Origin: Octopus bimaculoides
Lineage: Eukaryota
Reading direction: 5' to 3'
Length of the DNA: 55,430 nucleotides
Assembly: GCF_001194135.2 (NCBI RefSeq)
Contig: NC_068998.1
Coordinates: 50,583,954 to 50,639,383, forward strand
In this document: in pieces, positions 50,311-55,430 of the stretch
Numbering within the stretch: position 1 is the stretch's first letter
Layout: every line of letters begins with the position of its first letter
The notes under the pieces: generated by a model
Database searches by the model: none
What the model saw: the letters and a program-made list of their open reading frames with translations, nothing else
Told to the model about the DNA's origin: nothing
Position numbers and translations under genes: made by a program

Positions 50311-50873
50311 AGATTAATAGACTTTATTGATTTGAATGATATTTTCTTTATCAAAATACGTTGATGCAACAGAAACGATTGTCAGCTTTGAGTGGTGAAT
50401 TCTACAATAAAGATATCATTTTGTCTACATATATTTTTTGCTGTCTGAATTCTTAGAAATTCCTCTAAATGATATTTGGATCAACTTGTCAGACAGGTGG
50501 ATCTATTCTGCTAGTGTATTCTGCTTCTTACCTTTACGGGTGTCTGATTATTGGAAGTTGTTAACCAAATTCTTTTAAAACTGAGTGCTTTATTGACAGC
50601 TGCCTGGAAATTTTAATCTCTCTATCTCTCCCCTATCTCTCCCCTCTCACTCTCTCTCTCTCTCTCTCTCTCTCNNNNNNNNNNNNNNNNNNNNNNNNNN
50701 NNNNNNNNNNNNNNNNNNNNNNNNNNNNNNNNNNNNNNNNNNNNNNNNNNNNNNNNNNNNNNNNNNNNNNNNNNNNNNNNNNNNNNNNNNNNNNNNNNNN
50801 NNNNNNNNNNNNNNNNNNNNNNNNNNNNNNNNNNNNNNNNNNNNNNNNNNNNNNNNNNNNNNNNNNNNNNNNN

Positions 50874-50918
<45 letters not shown>

Positions 50919-50987
50919 GAGAAACACCGGTATTTGCTTCGAGGTTCACAATTCATGCATTGCAAGATGAGATGAAGTGAGAACAGC

Positions 50988-50988
<1 letters not shown>

Positions 50989-51049
<61 letters not shown>
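50989..51049. repeat. (TAG)n array
   Basis: Directly visible. Confidence 0.97.
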
Positions 51050-51050
<1 letters not shown>

Positions 51051-51159
51051 CGCTGTCGAGATGTCTATGTATCTCTCTTGGTTGATACTGCTAGCTGCGT
51101 ATGGATCTTTCACTGTTACCACATCAATAATTATTTCTAGCAGGAGTGCCTAAATCGAT

Positions 51160-51470
51160 CTAGACCTTATACGCACCAAAATACCAAAAGAATAGAACAT
51201 CAGTTGGCTACGATGCAAAGGGCAGTCCACAGGAAGATCCATGCTAGGAATATTGCAAACACATATTCGAAATGAAATGTGATCACAGAATAGCGAAAGC
51301 ACAAGTTCTGATGGGCCGCACAAGTCGCAAGGTTCACAGACAATAGTTAGACCGGTGTAGTTCCCCTGTGGTAAGTAAAAAAAACTGGAAATAACCACGT
51401 GGAGGACCTCAACAACAATGGAAAGATTATTCGGTTAAGCAATTTGGGTTAAGATGGAAAAGAACAACGC
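51160..51470 (+). mobile_element. RTE-clade LINE 3' relic
   Basis: Frameshifted peptides QRA...SMLGI...HIRNE, WA.(H)VARFTDN and a G.P..(R)W-like stretch, matching the RTE C-terminal QRAMERxMLG...IRNE...WAGHVAR...GRP..RW pattern. Confidence 0.65.
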
Positions 51471-51594
51471 TATCAAGACAGTTCTGTTTCCGCTCCTACT
51501 GTACACCTCAGTCCCTACGTGTCAAGGTCTTTCGGATGAGAAATACGTTGGAGCGCATTTTAATAAGACTCAAGAAGCACTTTTCCGTAATCCC

Positions 51595-51733
51595 AGCAAA
51601 TCTGTGGTATTGAGCAGAATATTTGCTGTAGCCCATCATTTTTATACCAAGACAAAACAATGTACATGATAACACTTCCAATCAATTAAGATCAGAAGCC
51701 ATGAGAGCCACTGCCTGGTACTGCATCCGGGCA
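51595..51733. mobile_element. Unclassified repeat family E, longest piece
   Basis: Overlaps both other E pieces; ends ...ggtactgcatccgggca next to (ATT)n. Confidence 0.65.
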
Positions 51734-51749
51734 TCATGATTATTATTAA

Positions 51750-51809
<60 letters not shown>

Positions 51810-51928
51810 TACTCATCCAGAAATTAAAGAAACAATAAGAGTGCGACTGTTATCGAATGAACAATATATCGACATCTCGTGTGTCTGGAGGAGTAACATC
51901 AATCCTTTAATTAATATTATTATTATTG

Positions 51929-52651
51929 TTCAGTAGTTTTATTTTTATAACGTGCTTTCACTTCACTACCGAGCGCAGCTCTGTGCGCCTTGGGTATGTG
52001 CTGTGGTTTGCTGTGGTGCTCTTATGGTTACTGTATTGAAAGTGTTTTGCGTAGGATGTGTGCAGTGCCCAGTAGTGCAATTTTCTGTATGTTATATATA
52101 TTTGTAAGTCCTGGTGTTTTTGTTATGTATTTGTCTGAATATTTTTTTATTATACCTAAGGCACCTACTATGATAGGAATTGTTTCTGTTTTTAGATTCC
52201 ACATTCGAGTTACCTCTATTTCCAGGTCTTTGTATTTTGAAAGTTTTTCCATTTCTTTTAGAGAAACGTTGTCATCTGCTGGTATTGATAGATCAATTAG
52301 AAAGCATTTTTTTCTTTATGATCTTTCACAACTATATCTGGTCTATTGCCTTAATTTCTCTATCTGTGTGTATTGGCATATCCCAGAGTATGGTTGCTTT
52401 CTCGTTTTCTGTGACCTTTTCTGGCGTGTGTTTATACCATCTTTTTTCTGTTGTTATTCCATAGTGTTGGCATAGCTTCCAGTGTATATAGGTCCCAGCT
52501 CTGTCGTGGCTGTGAATATATTCCTTCTTAGCCAGGACTGGGCAGCCAGAGATAATATGATTTATTGTTTCTTGCCCATCTCCACATATTCTACAGTTAC
52601 TTGTTATGTTTCTTTTCATTATATGTTTTTGTTCATTTCTGGTAGGGAGGC

Positions 52652-52652
<1 letters not shown>
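51929..52652 (-). mobile_element. R4/Dong-clade non-LTR retrotransposon, 5'-truncated (~720 bp): CCHC knuckle, REL endonuclease and 3' UTR, inserted in (TAA)n
   Basis: CRICGDGQETINHIISGC (C-x2-C-x8-H-x4-C), then (N)RPDIVV, FLIDLSIPADDNV, KEMEKLSKYKDLEIE, PIIVGALG and ALLGTAHILRK. Two 1-nt frameshifts in A runs. TAA repeats at both junctions. Confidence 0.93.
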
Positions 52653-52716
<64 letters not shown>

Positions 52717-53004
52717 GCATGTTTTCAGTCATTACTTCCATTTTCGCTTAAGTTTCTGAATGACTGGCAGCAATGATGTAAGAGTTCTTCCCCTTGCAGG
52801 GGATTCTCTTCCCGTTTAAGTTAGTTAAGAGTTGTCTCCCATGTCTTCTAAAGAACCGACTCTGTGAAGAGAGTACGTTATTCTAATACAGACGAAAATA
52901 TTAAGTTGTGCCATTCGTCGTTTTACAAATTGAAGTAATGACGTCAACCTGCATGGCAGTCGATGAGACTTAACAGATAAGTTTATCAAGTGTTTGTTGC
53001 CATT

Positions 53005-53068
53005 CGGTGAGAATTCAATGGTGCTCCAGCATTGCCGCGGTCACGTGACTTGAAACAAGTAAAAGATT
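53005..53068 (+). mobile_element. SINE family B, 3' end
   Basis: ggtgctccagcattgccgcggtcacgtgacttgaaacaagtaaaaga. Confidence 0.75.
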
Positions 53069-53105
53069 TAAATGAATAGTTGTTATATAGCATTTTATGT
53101 AGATT

Positions 53106-53300
53106 TTACTCTTCTCTTTGACTCGTTTCAGTCGTTTGACTGTGGCCATGCTGGAGTTCAATGGTTTTAGTCGAACAAATCAACCCAGGAATTATTCTTT
53201 TCAGCCAAGTATTTATTCTATCAGTCATTTTTGCTGAACCGCTAATGTTGCCGACACGTAAACAAACCAACACTGGTTGTGAAGCGGTGATGGGGAGGAG
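53106..53300 (-). mobile_element. SINE family B, 3' half
   Basis: Reverse complement aligns to 27960-28135. Confidence 0.85.
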
Positions 53301-53514
53301 GGAACAAACACAAATACAATGAAATACATACGTACACACACATGCATACCTACATACATACACACATGCATGCATACAAACATACATACATACATACATG
53401 CATTCATACATACGTTCATACATACATACATACATACATACATACATACATACATACATACATACGTTCATACATACATACATACCTATATACATATATA
53501 CATATATACACATA

Positions 53515-53646
53515 CAAGGTGGACCAGAATAACCGAGGTCAACTGAATTTATTGAATATTGCTAATTGCTAATTGCTAATTGTTCGCAATATGACATCCA
53601 GACGATGATATGACCTCCGGGGTTCGGTTACTTCTGGGCCACTCTG
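53515..53646. mobile_element. Tc1/mariner-type MITE (~132 bp)
   Basis: TIRs caaggtggaccagaataaccga versus the reverse complement cagagtggcccagaagtaaccga. Flanked by TA on the left and CA on the right. Confidence 0.7.
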
Positions 53647-53955
53647 CATATACATATATACATATGGAATTTCAACAATATATTTATGTGTGTACCAATG
53701 CATGTACGCATGTAACGTAGTTTTACACAAACACGTTAAAGTGCATCTTTGTTAGGATACGTTTATCATTTGTGTCATGGATTCGAAGCTGGCAGGTTGC
53801 CAGGGGACATAACTCAGAAATTGCACCGTTAATGTAAGGTAGACAACTCTAACAAAAATATTAGGATAGGAGAGTATTCTCCCTTACATTATATATTTTT
53901 TTCTTTTAGGTCGTCTGTTGCCTTGAAAATTATCGTTCGTAAACAATCTCTCACA

Positions 53956-53987
<32 letters not shown>

Positions 53988-54222
53988 TCTCCTCCCTCTC
54001 TATCTATTTCTCTCTCGATATACATATATATANNNNNNNNNNNNNNNNNNNNNNNNNNNNNNNNNNNNNNNNNNNNNNNNAATTTTGAAATATCTATAAA
54101 ACCGTCAAAAGATTGTTTATTTTTATGTTTTTGATTTGTTATTAGTGTTGCTTCATATGTTTTTCTAGAATTGCTATTTGTTTTCAGATATCATCAAAAA
54201 AAGGTAATTAAAATTCATTAAA

Positions 54223-54473
54223 ATGACAGGTCTATCGGACTTTCAAAGAGGTCAAATTGTTGGTGATTGTATGGCAGACGCTAGCGTAACGAAAGCAGCC
54301 GAAATGTTTGGTGTATCAAGAAGTACTGTCTCGAAAGTAATGACAATTTCTGAGAAAGCGAGAAAGATGGAGAAACCTCCTCGTCGAAACAAAACTTCGG
54401 AAGAAAACCAAAACTTTCAGATGGGGACCGTTGGACTTTTACGCGAATTGTTAGAAATGATCACAAAAGCTCC
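54223..54473 (+). mobile_element. Tc1-like transposase N-terminal relic (paired HTH), frameshifted
   Basis: MTGLSDFQRGQIVG...ASVTKAAEMFGVSRSTVSKVM, then in another frame NFGRKPKLSDGDRWTFTRIVRNDHK (GRKP AT-hook-like linker). Confidence 0.85.
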
Positions 54474-54749
54474 GTTTTGTAATATAATGAACGTGATAGT
54501 GAGTAATGGAATTCTAGAATACAGATAAAAAGACACGATGATCATGGATGGATCGGCTTTGAATACGTAGCTAACTTCATCTCAATCAACGACAACTTGG
54601 AACAATTCATAGTGTTTTCTTGTGTTTTTGCCCTTGGCGTTTCTTTAACAATCTGGTGATCCTGTTTGGGAAAAAGACTTCGCTTTCGATCCATCTATGA
54701 CTATCCGGAGTTTCGACATCGTGTATCTTAATCCGTAATCGAAATATGA

Positions 54750-54900
54750 CTGATTGGTTAAGAATTTCGCTTTGCCAATACGACCGCTCTGGTTCAAGAC
54801 CACCGTCTGGTAACTTGGGCAAATATCATGTTCTTTATCTCTGGATCGGCCCACAGCTTGAGAGTGGAATTAGGTAGGCGGAAACTACACAGAAGCCTGG
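54750..54900 (+). mobile_element. SINE family B, 5' half (old)
   Basis: ggttaagaatttcgct...ggttcaagaccacc...cttgggcaaat...gagtggaattaggtaggcggaaact..agaagcc. Confidence 0.6.
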
Positions 54901-55382
54901 ATGGTGGATTGTACCTGAAATTCAAAAGATGCAAACTTGTCACACAGTGTCATGCATATTCTGACGGATTCTGACTTTGGATTACGTTATGACTACACGA
55001 GTCTGAGGAATGCTCAACCACATCCACGTCCATTCAAAAGCCGATTATTCAGTTGATTGAATAATTAAATTCTCTATTCACACAGTCAGTCCTCCGCCTA
55101 ATGTATAAAATAAGCCAAAAATATTAATTAATTAAAAATGTCCAAGCATATAACATCAGTTGGCTTTGCTATTATGTGTTCACAAAGCAAGCATCGCGGT
55201 CTATTTTTCTGCCGGTCAATCGTTTTAATAAAGACCGAAGTTTTATAACTCATCACCTGAGGTTTTACAAATCAGCTTGTTGCATTTATGTTTTGTTATT
55301 AACAGATTGTGGAAGAAATTGTTAAGAACTTCCTCCTAGAGAAATGAGAAAATGCTTTTATTGTACATCTCTATTTCTCGCC

Positions 55383-55385
<3 letters not shown>

Positions 55386-55430
<45 letters not shown>
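55386..55430. repeat. (TC)n array at window end
   Basis: Directly visible. Confidence 0.97.

Noticed and set aside
51710-51733. HDV-like ribozyme at the start of family E (TGCC..TG/CAGGCA hairpin)
   Set aside because: The 9-nt loop is too short to hold the P2/P3/L3 elements of the nested double pseudoknot.
733-55430. Most ORF-track entries (poly-I/M/Y/H/C/V/L/N/D and X-rich ORFs)
   Set aside because: They are translations of microsatellites and N gaps, not genes.

Overview
Eukaryotic, AT-rich, microsatellite-saturated scaffold window with about two dozen N-gaps (roughly 6 kb), nearly all flanked by simple repeats. The repeat content (dense tRNA-headed SINE families plus TA/CA/TAA/AGAT/CATA arrays) points to a coleoid cephalopod, probably Octopus; this is an inference. 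No protein-coding gene could be recognised. Almost all ORF-track entries are translations of microsatellites or gaps, and only a few weak candidate exons remain. The window is a mosaic of mobile elements: (1) at least four tRNA-headed SINE-like families, labelled A-D here; (2) R4/Dong-clade site-specific non-LTR retrotransposon pieces (CCHC plus restriction-like endonuclease) sitting in (TAA)n arrays, including a 45-nt copy of just the 3' end; (3) Tc1/mariner transposase relics and MITEs; (4) a hAT MITE with an 8-bp TSD; (5) RTE and other old LINE/LTR relics. The most interesting signal is three minimal Penelope-type hammerhead-ribozyme motifs, all on the minus strand. One lies in the tail of a tRNA-headed element (29860-30140), suggesting a possible Pol III-headed, ribozyme-tailed non-autonomous retroelement. 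A second signal is an unclassified repeat (family E) found just downstream of each of the three larger Dong fragments, across a TAA-type array.
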